From assembly GCA_963764165.1 (NCBI GenBank), contig CAVXRD010000002.1, positions 1,024,001 through 1,088,000 on the forward strand: 64,000 nucleotides of DNA, written 5' to 3'. This DNA is from an uncultured Verrucomicrobiae bacterium. GTDB taxonomy: Bacteria; Verrucomicrobiota; Verrucomicrobiia; Limisphaerales; Palsa-1400. The position numbers were made by a program, and so were the translations under genes. Below, piece after piece: positions 8,479 to 18,170 of the stretch; within the stretch, counting starts at the first letter, position 1, and each line of letters starts with the position of its first letter. The notes beneath the pieces were generated by a model. That model was not told where the DNA came from. It was given only the letters and a program-made list of their open reading frames with translations, and did not search any database.

Positions 8479-9720
8479 TTACGGCTGGGCTTGGGCCTGG
8501 GCGGGCGCCGGCGCCGTCTTCGGCTGGTTCAGGCGCGCCTGCACGTTGGTCGTGGCCACCGGCGGATGCGCCATATAAGTCCCGCCCGGACGCGCGCGCG
8601 CGGGGTAGACCATCACCGGAACGTGAATCGTCGGCGTGTGCGGATCGTTCGAATTGGCGGTGATCTCCGGCCGTTTGCCCGGCTCAGTTTGAAAGCCGGG
8701 AGGAAATGCGACCTCGAGAATAAACGCGCCGGGCATCGAGCCGGGCTTCAAATCCAAGACCAGGCGCGGATCGGTTGCCATCAAGTTGGTCAATTCCAAC
8801 AGCCGTTTGCCCATGCCTCGGATGTTGATCTTATTCGTCGTCCATGTGTCTGGGGAGCCGTTGAAGAAAATCTGCGGCGGCTGCACTTGAAGAGTCGGCT
8901 CGACCCGCGCCAGCGCATTCAGCGTCACCGAACCGATGACCGGGTTGGACGTGTCAATTTTGATCAACCCGCTCGTCGTGTTCTGGGGAAAAGGCGGGTT
9001 CACCGTGATGGCCAGCTCCCACTCCATGCCGGCCCGAAGCTCCTTAAGCCGCACGACAAAATTTGAATTGACGCTTGTAATCTTGCCGAGTGACACCGGT
9101 TTTTCCATCTGGTTCACGAGGCGCACGGTGGTGGAAACTGAATTAGTGGCATCCGCCGCGATGGAAAGGAGCGGGTTGGAAGGCGAGATGTCGATGGCCT
9201 TTGTAATCGTGCCCGTCAGCGTCAGCATCCGCATTGGCGGGCCGTCGACAGCGTTGCAATAGACGTCGACATGGCGGGTAATGGGGCCGTTGAACCCCGT
9301 CGAATCAAATTGAATCGAAATCCCTCCCGTCTGTCCCGGTTCGACGGCATGAGACCAATCGCCCAGGGCGGTGCAATGGCAGCCGGGATGAACATTGGTA
9401 ATGATGAGGGTCGAGTTGCCCGTATTGGTCATGATATAAGTATGGCGCACCTTCTCGCCCACCAAAATCTTGCCAAAATTGAACGACATATTATCAAAAG
9501 CAATCTTCGGCCCCGCGGACGCCATTCCGGGCTTGCCCGCCATCGCCGCCGCCCGAGGGAGAGCAGGGGCGCCCACCGCAGCCGCATTCGACGCCGCAGG
9601 CGCGGTGGCGGAGGGCGCGGGCGCAGTGGGTTGCGCCGAGACGCGGGACCCCGAGAAAGCCGCGGCCAGAAAAACAAGCGCAGCGCAAAAGCGAAAGAAT
9701 TTCATATACGGCATCAACAT
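8479..9720 (-). CDS. DUF1573 domain secreted protein (start may be 9705)
   Basis: Signal peptide; FNFGKI..HTYIMTNTGNSTLIITNVHPGCHCT..VEPGQTG. Confidence 0.85.
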   Translation of the reverse strand: MLMPYMKFFRFCAALVFLAAAFSGSRVSAQPTAPAPSATAPAASNAAAVGAPALPRAAAMAGKPGMASAGPKIAFDNMSFNFGKILVGEKVRHTYIMTNTGNSTLIITNVHPGCHCTALGDWSHAVEPGQTGGISIQFDSTGFNGPITRHVDVYCNAVDGPPMRMLTLTGTITKAIDISPSNPLLSIAADATNSVSTTVRLVNQMEKPVSLGKITSVNSNFVVRLKELRAGMEWELAITVNPPFPQNTTSGLIKIDTSNPVIGSVTLNALARVEPTLQVQPPQIFFNGSPDTWTTNKINIRGMGKRLLELTNLMATDPRLVLDLKPGSMPGAFILEVAFPPGFQTEPGKRPEITANSNDPHTPTIHVPVMVYPARARPGGTYMAHPPVATTNVQARLNQPKTAPAPAQAQAQP

Positions 9721-10613
9721 GACATGAGCAAATTACGGCATCCCAATAAATGGCTAAACACGGCCAAAGTCAAGCGGGGAAGGGCAATTGCCCTTGCTAG
9801 CCTATACTGCCGCCCAAAAGGCGTTCATCGTAAGCCGCGATTGAAACGGCCCTGAAGAGAAGACCAAAATCAATAATCTCTTGGACGGGCACTTCCTTGA
9901 GACTGTCTACGAGAGCGCGCAGAGGAACACCAACACAAATCCACACCCACTGAAAACAGCGTGGAACCGCTTTTCCCAAGTCTGCGCTGATCTGCGCCCG
10001 TCTGCGGCTATTTCCCGCCCCCCTAGATTCAATTTTCGCCATTTTTCTTCCAAAAACCGTGCCCAAAACCTCTGGTAGGTTTTCCATGCCGCGCCATCCG
10101 TGCCAAAGTGCGCTCATGTGTATTGCAAATATCGGGGCCACAGCGACGGAGTTTCCACCGCCTCCCACGCGGGTTCCTCACATTTTCAGTCGGATGAAAT
10201 ACGGCCAACGCCGCTTTTGCGGGAAAGGAACGTTGCACTCTATTGCACCCTATTGCACCTACGGTTTTTTGCGCCCAGCTTGCACCCTCCAAAACAGGTC
10301 TCCGGCAAAAAGCTGGCACAAAGCCGGCACCATGCTGTTGAGAGGGAAACGGCTGCGCAGCAGATTTTTGCGCAAAGCGAGGAGTGAGCTGCAGGCATGT
10401 CCGCCATGGACCTGTAAGCCGCGAAAGACGAAGCCTTTGCGAAAAGAGATCAAGCAGACACTCCCGATTCAACTGGATGGCGTCGGCTACGATTCTCATT
10501 CCACGGAAAAACAGCGAGGAAGGCCTTGTTGCCTCTTAAACGCCTTACAATCAATGATGCCGCGCAGGCCGGCGCTTTTTTGGAGATAATGTGATCTGGA
10601 ACTTTCATGAGGC

Positions 10614-10631
10614 ATACGCCAAAAGGCGTAT
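10614..10631. promoter_or_regulatory. Palindromic candidate operator upstream of a two-component operon
   Basis: ATACGCC-AAAA-GGCGTAT perfect 7-4-7 inverted repeat. Confidence 0.5.
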
Positions 10632-10724
10632 TGAGGTTGGGGCCGGGCTTGTTGCAATTTGCCGGTCGCCGACAGTATTCTTGGCCCGAACTATGAACGC
10701 CGCCAAAACCTAATTCGACGCGGT

Positions 10725-13397
10725 ATGCTCAAATTGAGAGACATCCGCCGCGCCGCAATTTTGTTCGCGTGGTTTATTGCCGCCGGCTACTCCTACGCCC
10801 AAACAAATTCCCCGGGGCCAACGAATGTGCTGACGACGGCCCGGCAAGTACTTGACCTGGCTTTGGAACGCGCGCGTCCCGGAAACATCCCTGTTCACAT
10901 CCGGGGTGTTTTGACGCACCAGGATGTTTTTACACCGCGCTGGATTTTTCTTCAGGATCAAACGGCGGCCATCCTGTTGCGTCTGAATGAAACCAACTTT
11001 CCCTTTGTGCCCGGCCAGTTGATTGAGGCGGAGGGTGTTGCGGAAGCGGGCGGGATTTTGCCGATCGTTCACGTCTCAAAGTATCGCGTGATCGGGGAAG
11101 GCGACATGCCGCGCCCCAAATTCATCGATGCGCCGCACCTGGTGGTTGGAGACGATTACGCGAACTGGTCCAGCATCGAAGGGACTGTGCGCGATGTCGC
11201 AGTGACCAAGGGCCGCCTGGTTTTGCTGTGCGCCGATGGAGCCGACCATTTTCAAGTTTGGATCACGCACCGGCAAGAAATGACTCTTCCCCTTGACCTT
11301 CTTGACGCGCGGGTGCGCCTGGAGGGGATTCCATTCCTGGCGATTGATGACGATGGCCGCGCCTCGGGTTTCATTTTTCATCAAAATGGCACCAACGACA
11401 TCACCATCCTCAAGCCAGGCACATCAAACATATTCATCCGGCCACTGGCGGCCATTGAGAACCTGCGCGGGCGCGTCGCGGACCGGTCCTCCCGCGTGAG
11501 AACATCCGGTGTCGTGACATTCTCGTCGCCGGATGGCTGGCTGGCGATCCAAAACGGAACCGAACCGCTGGTGGCGCATTTGCTCAAACCCATTCATCCC
11601 GATGAAGACACCAAAGGGCAATTTCCCAAGCGCGAATTTCCGCCGTTGAAAGTGGGAGACCAAATCGAATTGGTTGGCGCGCCTGCCTTGACCAATTCAA
11701 GCGTGCCCGATCTTCAAGATGTGGAATACCGCATCATCGGCCACGCGCCTGTTCCTGCTCCAGAGGAAGTTTCTATCAAGTCCCTGGCATCCGGCAAGCA
11801 CGACGGCGAGCTGGTGACGTTTCAGGCCCAGGTGGTCGATGCTGAGAACCATTATGTGGCCCACGTCATTGACGTGGAACGGCATCACGACGTCGATCTT
11901 TATCAAGACAATGTCTGGCTGCAAACCGACGGCGCCATTCTTGAAGGGATTTTGGAAACGGAGAGAGCGGCGCCCCTGCCCATCGCGCGGAATGAATTTG
12001 TAACCGTCACCGGCATTTGCCGCGTTGAACCGGGCCAGCCCGAACAGGCGCGGCCGGTGAAGATTTACTTTCGCGGCGCGGAGGACATTGTGCATCGCGA
12101 TCCGCCGCCTTGGTGGCACTCGCGCCGAACGGTTACGATACTTTCGATCACAACGGCCGTGGCGCTGATGACGGCTGCGTGGATAACCCTGCTGCGCCGG
12201 CGGGTAAGCCAGCGCACGGCTCAGCTTCGCGAGGAAGCCATCGAGCGCCAGAAGGCGGAGGTTCATCTCGTGCGCTTCAAAGCTGTTATTGACGCAACGA
12301 CGGACCTGGTCGGCATTTCCTCGCTGGATGGCAAAACCATTTATATCAACGAAGCCGGGAGGAAAATGCTGCAAGTTCCGGACGACGTTGATGTGACGGG
12401 GCTGCCCATGTCCCGATTTTATCCCGAGGATGTGAACCGCTTTTTCACAAAGGTTGCCATTCCGCAGGCGATGCGGGACGGCTTTTGGGCCGGTGAACTG
12501 CGTTTGCGCGGCTGGCACGGACAGGAAATTCCGGTTTCGTTCGTCGGCAGCGCGGTCAAAGGCGACGACGGCAAACCGCTGCATTTGTCCTGCATCGCGC
12601 GCGACATTTCCGAGAGGAAAAAGATCGAGGACCAATTGCGTTGGGCGCTGGCGGAGGAAAAGGAATTGAACCGCCTCAAGAGCAATTTCATTTCGATGGT
12701 CACCCACGAGATTCGCACGCCCTTGGCGCTGATTCTCAGTTCGTCGGAGATTTTATCGCGCTACCTTGAGCGGCTGCTCCCGGAAAAACGGGCCGGCCAC
12801 TTGCGCAACATTGATGCGGCGGTGCTGCGGATGAGCGCGCTGATGGAAGACGTGCTGCTCTTCAGCAAGGCCGAGGCGGGGCGGATGGAGTTCAATCCCA
12901 TCACGATGGACTTGCGGCATTTCTGCGGGCAAATCGTCGAGGAAATTGCGTCCGCGACCAATCACAAGTGCCCCGTTGAATTGTCGGTGGCGCCCTTTCA
13001 CGAATCCGCCCGCGGCGACGAGCATCTGCTTCGCCACATCATCGCGAATCTTCTTGGCAACGCCATCAAATATTCGCGCGCCGGCTCGGCGGTGAAGCTT
13101 TCGGTGACACTGGAGGATGGCGACGCGCATTTTGTGGTGAAGGACCGCGGCATGGGAATTTCGCAGGAGGATTTGCGCCGACTGTTCACGCCATTTTATC
13201 GTGGAAAGAATGCGGCGCCCCAGCAGGGGACGGGATTGGGCCTCGTGATTGTCAAACATTGCGTTGAGCGCCACGGAGGCGTCATTGAGATCGAGAGCAT
13301 CCAGAACGCAGGCACGACTGTCAGTGTGCGGCTGCCGCTTTTTTCGCCGAATCACACGGAGTTCATCAAGCGGATTTCGAAACAGGAAACCACATGA
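10725..13397 (+). CDS. Sensor histidine kinase (large extracytoplasmic region, TM, PAS, HisKA, HATPase)
   Basis: H-box VTHEIRTPL, N-box NLLGNAIKYS, DRGMGI, GTGLGL; PAS IYINEAG..ARDISERK. Confidence 0.93.
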   Translation: MLKLRDIRRAAILFAWFIAAGYSYAQTNSPGPTNVLTTARQVLDLALERARPGNIPVHIRGVLTHQDVFTPRWIFLQDQTAAILLRLNETNFPFVPGQLIEAEGVAEAGGILPIVHVSKYRVIGEGDMPRPKFIDAPHLVVGDDYANWSSIEGTVRDVAVTKGRLVLLCADGADHFQVWITHRQEMTLPLDLLDARVRLEGIPFLAIDDDGRASGFIFHQNGTNDITILKPGTSNIFIRPLAAIENLRGRVADRSSRVRTSGVVTFSSPDGWLAIQNGTEPLVAHLLKPIHPDEDTKGQFPKREFPPLKVGDQIELVGAPALTNSSVPDLQDVEYRIIGHAPVPAPEEVSIKSLASGKHDGELVTFQAQVVDAENHYVAHVIDVERHHDVDLYQDNVWLQTDGAILEGILETERAAPLPIARNEFVTVTGICRVEPGQPEQARPVKIYFRGAEDIVHRDPPPWWHSRRTVTILSITTAVALMTAAWITLLRRRVSQRTAQLREEAIERQKAEVHLVRFKAVIDATTDLVGISSLDGKTIYINEAGRKMLQVPDDVDVTGLPMSRFYPEDVNRFFTKVAIPQAMRDGFWAGELRLRGWHGQEIPVSFVGSAVKGDDGKPLHLSCIARDISERKKIEDQLRWALAEEKELNRLKSNFISMVTHEIRTPLALILSSSEILSRYLERLLPEKRAGHLRNIDAAVLRMSALMEDVLLFSKAEAGRMEFNPITMDLRHFCGQIVEEIASATNHKCPVELSVAPFHESARGDEHLLRHIIANLLGNAIKYSRAGSAVKLSVTLEDGDAHFVVKDRGMGISQEDLRRLFTPFYRGKNAAPQQGTGLGLVIVKHCVERHGGVIEIESIQNAGTTVSVRLPLFSPNHTEFIKRISKQETT

Positions 13398-14023
13398 AGA
13401 GAATACTCGTAATTGAAGACGAACCCGGAATGCTGTCGAATCTGCGCGACATCCTGGAAATGGAGAATTTCGAGCCGCTGCTGGCGCCCGACGGCGAGGA
13501 GGGAATCGCCGCCGCAAAGCGCGAACTGCCCGATCTCATCCTGTGCGATGTGCTCATGCCAAAGCAGGACGGCCACGAAGTCCTCACGGCGTTGCGGGCC
13601 GAAAACGCGACTGCGCGCATCCCGTTTATATTTTTGACAGCAAAAGGCGAGCACGCGGACGTTCGCATGGGCATGACGCTCGGCGCGGATGATTATCTCA
13701 TCAAGCCCGTGAAGGTCGACGATTTGCTCGAGGCCATTTCCGCCCGTCTCGAACGCGCCCAGCAGCAATGCGGATTCGAAGCCAGTTTCAGCTCGCCCAA
13801 ACCGCTGGAAGGATTGGGAATTTCGCCTCGCGAATCGGAAATTCTATTCTGGGTCGCACAGGGGAAAACAAATTACGAGGCGGGAGTCATTTTGAACATC
13901 AGCACGGCCACGGTGAAAAAACATCTCGAGCACATCTACGAAAAACTGGGCGTGGAAGGCCGCAATGCCGCAACGCTGATCGCGCTAAAAACACTGGGGA
14001 CACATACGCAAACCCAAAGGTAG
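13394..14023 (+). CDS. Response regulator, REC plus LuxR HTH
   Basis: ILVIEDE, DLILCDVLMP, FLTAK, ISPRESEILFWVAQGKTN; ATGA overlap with kinase. Confidence 0.95.
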   Translation: MKRILVIEDEPGMLSNLRDILEMENFEPLLAPDGEEGIAAAKRELPDLILCDVLMPKQDGHEVLTALRAENATARIPFIFLTAKGEHADVRMGMTLGADDYLIKPVKVDDLLEAISARLERAQQQCGFEASFSSPKPLEGLGISPRESEILFWVAQGKTNYEAGVILNISTATVKKHLEHIYEKLGVEGRNAATLIALKTLGTHTQTQR

Positions 14024-14118
14024 ACGCCTCGCCGAGGTGTCCGGTTGCGCGTGGTTTATGCGACAGCTTTCGCATGCAGAGAGCCTCACCCCGGACGCCT
14101 CGGCGAGGCGTCCCTACC
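14019..14118. repeat. REPIN-like doublet, family A
   Basis: GGTAGACGCCTCGCCGAGGTGTCCGG ... CCGGACGCCTCGGCGAGGCGTCCCTACC. Confidence 0.85.
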
Positions 14119-14172
14119 CGCTTCGCGGCCAGAATCCCGCCGACGTTCTCTTCGAATTACGAAATCAGACCG

Positions 14173-14200
14173 TTGACATTCGGGTTGTTTTGGCTACGTT
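14173..14200 (+). promoter_or_regulatory. Sigma70-type promoter of rpsT
   Basis: TTGACA-16 nt-TACGTT. Confidence 0.65.
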
Positions 14201-14232
14201 GTCTGTCCTTTTAATAGAAAACGATTTTAAAT

Positions 14233-14526
14233 ATGCCTAATACGAAGTCAGCCGGGCGCCGGATGAGAAACAGCGCCCGCAAGCAGTTGCAAAACCAAAC
14301 GGTGAAATCCCGTCTGCACACTTTGGAATCGAGCTACGCCAAATTCCTGGCCGCGGGCAAGAAAGACGACGCCGCCAAGACGCTGCGCTCGCTCGTTTCC
14401 GCCCTCGACAAAGCCGTCAAGACCGGTGTCATTCACAAGGCGCGCTCCAGCCGCCATAAATCCCGCTTGAGCATCCGCTTGAACGGCCTCAGCAAGGCGC
14501 CCGCCGCCGCCCCCGCCGCGAGCTGA
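14233..14526 (+). CDS. rpsT: 30S ribosomal protein S20
   Basis: MPNTKSAGRRMR..ALDKAVKTGVIHKARSSRHKSRL. Confidence 0.97.
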   Translation: MPNTKSAGRRMRNSARKQLQNQTVKSRLHTLESSYAKFLAAGKKDDAAKTLRSLVSALDKAVKTGVIHKARSSRHKSRLSIRLNGLSKAPAAAPAAS

Positions 14527-14550
14527 CGCTCCCCCGTGGGTCGGGAGATC

Positions 14551-15363
14551 ATGATCCACCCCTCAGCCATCGTCAGCCCGGGCGCGCAACTGGATTCATC
14601 GGCCGAAGTCGGGCCTTATGCGGTTATTGACGCGGGCGTTTCCATTGGGCCGCGCTGCCGGATTGGGCCGCATGTTTGTTTGACAGGCCGCACTTCCATT
14701 GGGCCGGACAACTCATTTCACGCCCATTGCGTCATTGGGGACGCTCCCCAGGACGTCAAATATAAGAACGATCCCACCGGCCTTCGCATCGGCGCAAACA
14801 ACGTTTTCCGGGAAGGCTCGACAGTCCATCGCTCCAACAAAATGGAGGAGGACACCGTCATCGGCTCAAATTGCATGCTGATGGTCAATTCGCACGTCGC
14901 GCACAATGTTCATATGGGCGACCACGTCACGCTGGCCAACGGGGCGCTTTTGGCCGGCCACGCGCAGGTGGGTGACCGCGCGTTCATCTCCGGCAATTGC
15001 CTCGTGCATCAATTCGTCCGCATCGGAAAGCTGGCGATGATGCAGGGCGGTTCTGCCGTCAGCCGGGATTTGCCGCCGTTTACCATTGCGCGAGGAGGAA
15101 ACAATATATGCGGGCTGAACACCGTCGGACTGCGCCGCGCTGGACTGAGCGCCGACGATCGAATGGAATTGCGGCGGCTTTATCACAAGCTATTCCGCTC
15201 GAGATCGAAATTTTCGCAGACTCTTGCCGAAGCCAAAGAGGAATTTCACACGGAAGCCGCGCGCGAATTGTTGAATTTTGTCTCCTCAAGCAAAAGCGGC
15301 GTGTGCCATGATCATGGCGCGGTCTACGGGCAATCCGTCTCGGATGAACCCGGCATTGACTAA
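14551..15363 (+). CDS. lpxA: Acyl-ACP--UDP-GlcNAc O-acyltransferase
   Basis: IHPSAIV, hexapeptide repeats, PQDVKY, HVAHN, VHQFVRIG, GLNTVGLRR. Confidence 0.96.
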   Translation: MIHPSAIVSPGAQLDSSAEVGPYAVIDAGVSIGPRCRIGPHVCLTGRTSIGPDNSFHAHCVIGDAPQDVKYKNDPTGLRIGANNVFREGSTVHRSNKMEEDTVIGSNCMLMVNSHVAHNVHMGDHVTLANGALLAGHAQVGDRAFISGNCLVHQFVRIGKLAMMQGGSAVSRDLPPFTIARGGNNICGLNTVGLRRAGLSADDRMELRRLYHKLFRSRSKFSQTLAEAKEEFHTEAARELLNFVSSSKSGVCHDHGAVYGQSVSDEPGID

Positions 15364-15431
15364 CCTTTTTGTCCCGCGCAAATTTGGGAAAACGTGTGGC
15401 CCTGAACCTGGAAATTTGAACGAAACATTTT

Positions 15432-16511
15432 ATGCCCCCGAAAGCTGAAAAATCCGCTGAGAAGTCTGCTGATAAATCCACCGACTCCAAAAACACGCCC
15501 GCTCGCCAGCGTGACCTGGATGCTGCCATTTCCTCCATCACGAAAGCCTACGGCGATGGCAGCATCATGCGCCTTGGCGACGCGCGCGCCAAAGTCGGCA
15601 TCGAGTTTATCCCGACCGGCGCGCTGGCTGTTGATCTCGCGCTGGGCATTGGCGGCGTGCCGCGCGGGCGCGTCGTGGAAATTTTCGGCCCGGAATCCTC
15701 CGGCAAAACGACCCTCATGCTGCACGTCATCGCCAACGCCCAAAAAGCGGGCGGGCTGGCCGCGTTCATCGACGCCGAACATGCTCTCGACCCCGCATAC
15801 GCCAAGAAACTTGGAGTCAACCTCGACGATTTGCTCGTTTCCCAACCCGACAGCGGCGAAGAAGCGCTGAGCATCTGTGAAACGCTGGCCCGCTCCAACG
15901 CGCTGGATGTCATTGTTATTGACTCTGTCGCGGCGCTCGTTCCAAAGGCGGAATTGGAAGGGGAAATGGGAATGGCCACGATGGGCATGCAGGCGCGCCT
16001 GATGAGCCAGGCCCTTCGCAAGCTGACCGCCATCCTCAACAAGTCCAAGACCACCTGCATTTTCACCAACCAGTTGCGCGAAAAAGTCGGCGTGATGTTC
16101 GGAAATCCCGAGACGACGCCGGGAGGCAAGGCGCTGAAATTCTACGCCAGCATCCGCATCGACATCCGCCGCCGCGACACGTTGAAAGACGCCGCCGGCA
16201 ACGCCATCGGCAACGCCGTCAAGGTGAAGATTGTCAAGAACAAGGTCGCCCCGCCCTTCGCGGAAGCCGAGTTTGAAATCATCTACAATCACGGCATCAA
16301 CAAAGAAGGAAGCATTATTGACATCGGCATCGCTCAAGGTGTTGTTGACAAGAAAGGCGCCTGGCTCCAATTTGAGGGCGACTTGATCGGCCAGGGCAAA
16401 GACGCCGCCCGCCAGGCCCTCGCCGACAAGCCGGAGCTGGCCCAGAAGATAATTGCGGCCATCATGGCGAAGCGGTCGGGCGCAACGGCGACCGCGGCGG
16501 AAACGAAGTGA
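15432..16511 (+). CDS. recA: Recombinase RecA
   Basis: [40 protein letters not shown]. Confidence 0.99.
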   Translation: MPPKAEKSAEKSADKSTDSKNTPARQRDLDAAISSITKAYGDGSIMRLGDARAKVGIEFIPTGALAVDLALGIGGVPRGRVVEIFGPESSGKTTLMLHVIANAQKAGGLAAFIDAEHALDPAYAKKLGVNLDDLLVSQPDSGEEALSICETLARSNALDVIVIDSVAALVPKAELEGEMGMATMGMQARLMSQALRKLTAILNKSKTTCIFTNQLREKVGVMFGNPETTPGGKALKFYASIRIDIRRRDTLKDAAGNAIGNAVKVKIVKNKVAPPFAEAEFEIIYNHGINKEGSIIDIGIAQGVVDKKGAWLQFEGDLIGQGKDAARQALADKPELAQKIIAAIMAKRSGATATAAETK

Positions 16512-16513
16512 GG

Positions 16514-16543
16514 CACGGTAGGGCGAGGCTCCCGCCGAGCCGT
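16514..16543 (+). repeat. REP-like element, family B
   Basis: CACGGTAGGGCGAGGCTCCCGCCGAGCCGT, identical 30-mer at 27581-27610. Confidence 0.85.
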
Positions 16544-16816
16544 TCCCATTATTCGCATAGAACAGGATTTGCAGGATGGGGAACAAGCGGGAAGGACATC
16601 TGCCTTGTGTGCGAAAAACTTTTCAACACCGGCAAAATTCGGCATGATGCCCGAAGTTTCCGAAATCAATCGAAGATTGTTGCGAGCGCGACGGCGGGCA
16701 AACATTTTGCATGACGAAACGAAAAACAAAACGCGCAAAAAGCGACGACTGACGAATGGCCCTGATGGTCCCGGATTCGCGCTTGATTTTGAACGCGAGG
16801 ACTTTAATTTATTGGC

Positions 16817-17068
16817 ATGGCTGAAACGATTCCACTTTCTGTCCCGGATGACCTGCTCAGTGAAGTCAAAGAAACGGCCAGATTGACAAATCTGTCCGTC
16901 CAGGACGTTTTTCGACAATCCGCCAAAATCGCCAAGCCTGTCTTGCGGCAATCGGCCCGCCCGCCGCAGCCGGGTCAACTCTCTGCGTGGGATGCGTTGG
17001 CCTCGGGACGCGGACTCAAATTGGAGTTCACTCCCGCTGCCGGGAAGGTCAAGAAGATCTCCTTGTGA
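16817..17068 (+). CDS. Putative antitoxin (RHH/CopG-like)
   Basis: ETIPLSVPDDLLSEVKETA..LSVQDVFRQ; GTGA overlap with PIN remnant. Confidence 0.7.
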   Translation: MAETIPLSVPDDLLSEVKETARLTNLSVQDVFRQSAKIAKPVLRQSARPPQPGQLSAWDALASGRGLKLEFTPAAGKVKKISL

Positions 17069-17244
17069 TCTTTCTGCTCGACACCAATGTTCTCAGTGAA
17101 AATGCCAAGGGTTCATTGGAACTCCGCGATTCGTTCATTGCCGCAACCGCTTCCGCCAGGAATTGGACGGTGGCCACGAGCAACACCCGTGATTTTGCGC
17201 TGCTCGGAGTCCAGACATTCAATCCTTGGATTGAAAAGCTCTAA
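17065..17244 (+). pseudogene. VapC/PIN toxin with large internal in-frame deletion
   Basis: N-terminal FLLDTNVLSE joined almost directly to C-terminal DSFIAATA..VATSNTRDF..FNPW; only 59 aa. Confidence 0.8.
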
Positions 17245-17384
17245 GGACCCTTTCCCGCTTGAACCCGGAAACGAAGGCGCAGATGACGGCGGCGCAGACT
17301 TGGGGCATGGTTATGAAGCTGCCCGGAGAAAAAGCAAATGACAGAAGTCGCATATGTGATTATGTCGGTCTGACACCTTCTTCG

Positions 17385-17585
17385 GCGGGACTGTCTTCTC
17401 TTAATCTCTGGCGGATGCGGGCTTTTTATTCTGCTTACCGGGATCGAGTCGAAATTCTATCACAAGCTGTGACAGAATCCTCCCCGCAAAAACTGTCACA
17501 AGCTGTGAAAGATTCCAAAAGGGCAATTCTCTCACAGCCTGTGAGAGAATCGGCTTCATCGGCTCCGCCAGCGACACAGGAATGA
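17385..17585 (+). pseudogene. Fragment of YhcG/DUF1016 N-terminal domain
   Basis: GLSSLNLWRMRAFYSAY..ILSQAVTE resembles the YhcG N-terminal signature; remainder absent. Confidence 0.65.
17454..17550. repeat. Three 25-nt palindromes with 36-nt period
   Basis: ATTCTATCACAAGCTGTGACAGAAT, AAACTGTCACAAGCTGTGAAAGATT, ATTCTCTCACAGCCTGTGAGAGAAT. Confidence 0.85.
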
Positions 17586-17639
17586 TAAATTTTTGCCTTG
17601 AGAAAAAATTATAAGCACTCGATCACGTTACAGTTGGTT

Positions 17640-18071
17640 ATGGTTTATAAAACGCCCCTCATACTCAGCTTGGCAGTCGCACTGGTCTGCGGTGGGCTGG
17701 GGTGCGCGACGAAGCCGGACTCGATCGACCGGCTTGTCGCCGCTCTTTCGGCGGCTTCCGGCCTTTATTTGAACGGTTTTCCACGCGGTTCATCTCTCCC
17801 TCAGTCTGCGTCGAATGAACAATTGGTTATAGAGGCTTTTCGCACGACCGAATTCGATCCCGGGCGCGTAACTAAATATCGGATTTTGAAGATTCGACAT
17901 GTTTCCGTGGGGGAAGGTTCCTTTTCACACATGTATACCGCGATTCTTGCAGATACAAATTTGGGCAAAAAGATTGTGTTGACGTGCTACGTTAAAGGCG
18001 ACGGCTCAACAGCCGGGTATTGGTGGCGCCGAATTTACGGCGTCGATCCATCAAACCTTCGCTACTATTAA
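17640..18071 (+). CDS. Hypothetical lipoprotein
   Basis: Hydrophobic N-terminus ending in GLGC lipobox-like motif. Confidence 0.65.
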   Translation: MVYKTPLILSLAVALVCGGLGCATKPDSIDRLVAALSAASGLYLNGFPRGSSLPQSASNEQLVIEAFRTTEFDPGRVTKYRILKIRHVSVGEGSFSHMYTAILADTNLGKKIVLTCYVKGDGSTAGYWWRRIYGVDPSNLRYY

Positions 18072-18170
18072 AATGCGCATCTCCATCCAACAGCCAATTT
18101 CAGGAGGTGTCGGCTCCAGCGTAACTTTAGTTGTAAAATAGTGTTAAAATGCAAGGTTAGCGATCAGCGC

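Noticed and set aside
10059..10589. 176-aa ORF in the large gap
   Set aside because: Arg/Cys/Pro-rich composition, no motif, competing ORFs on both strands
17454..17550. CRISPR array
   Set aside because: Only three degenerate units, 11-nt spacers, in frame within a gene fragment, no cas genes
18072..18170. Integron attC site (ATCCAAC ... GTTAGCG)
   Set aside because: No complementary L boxes or extended hairpin; no integrase in the window
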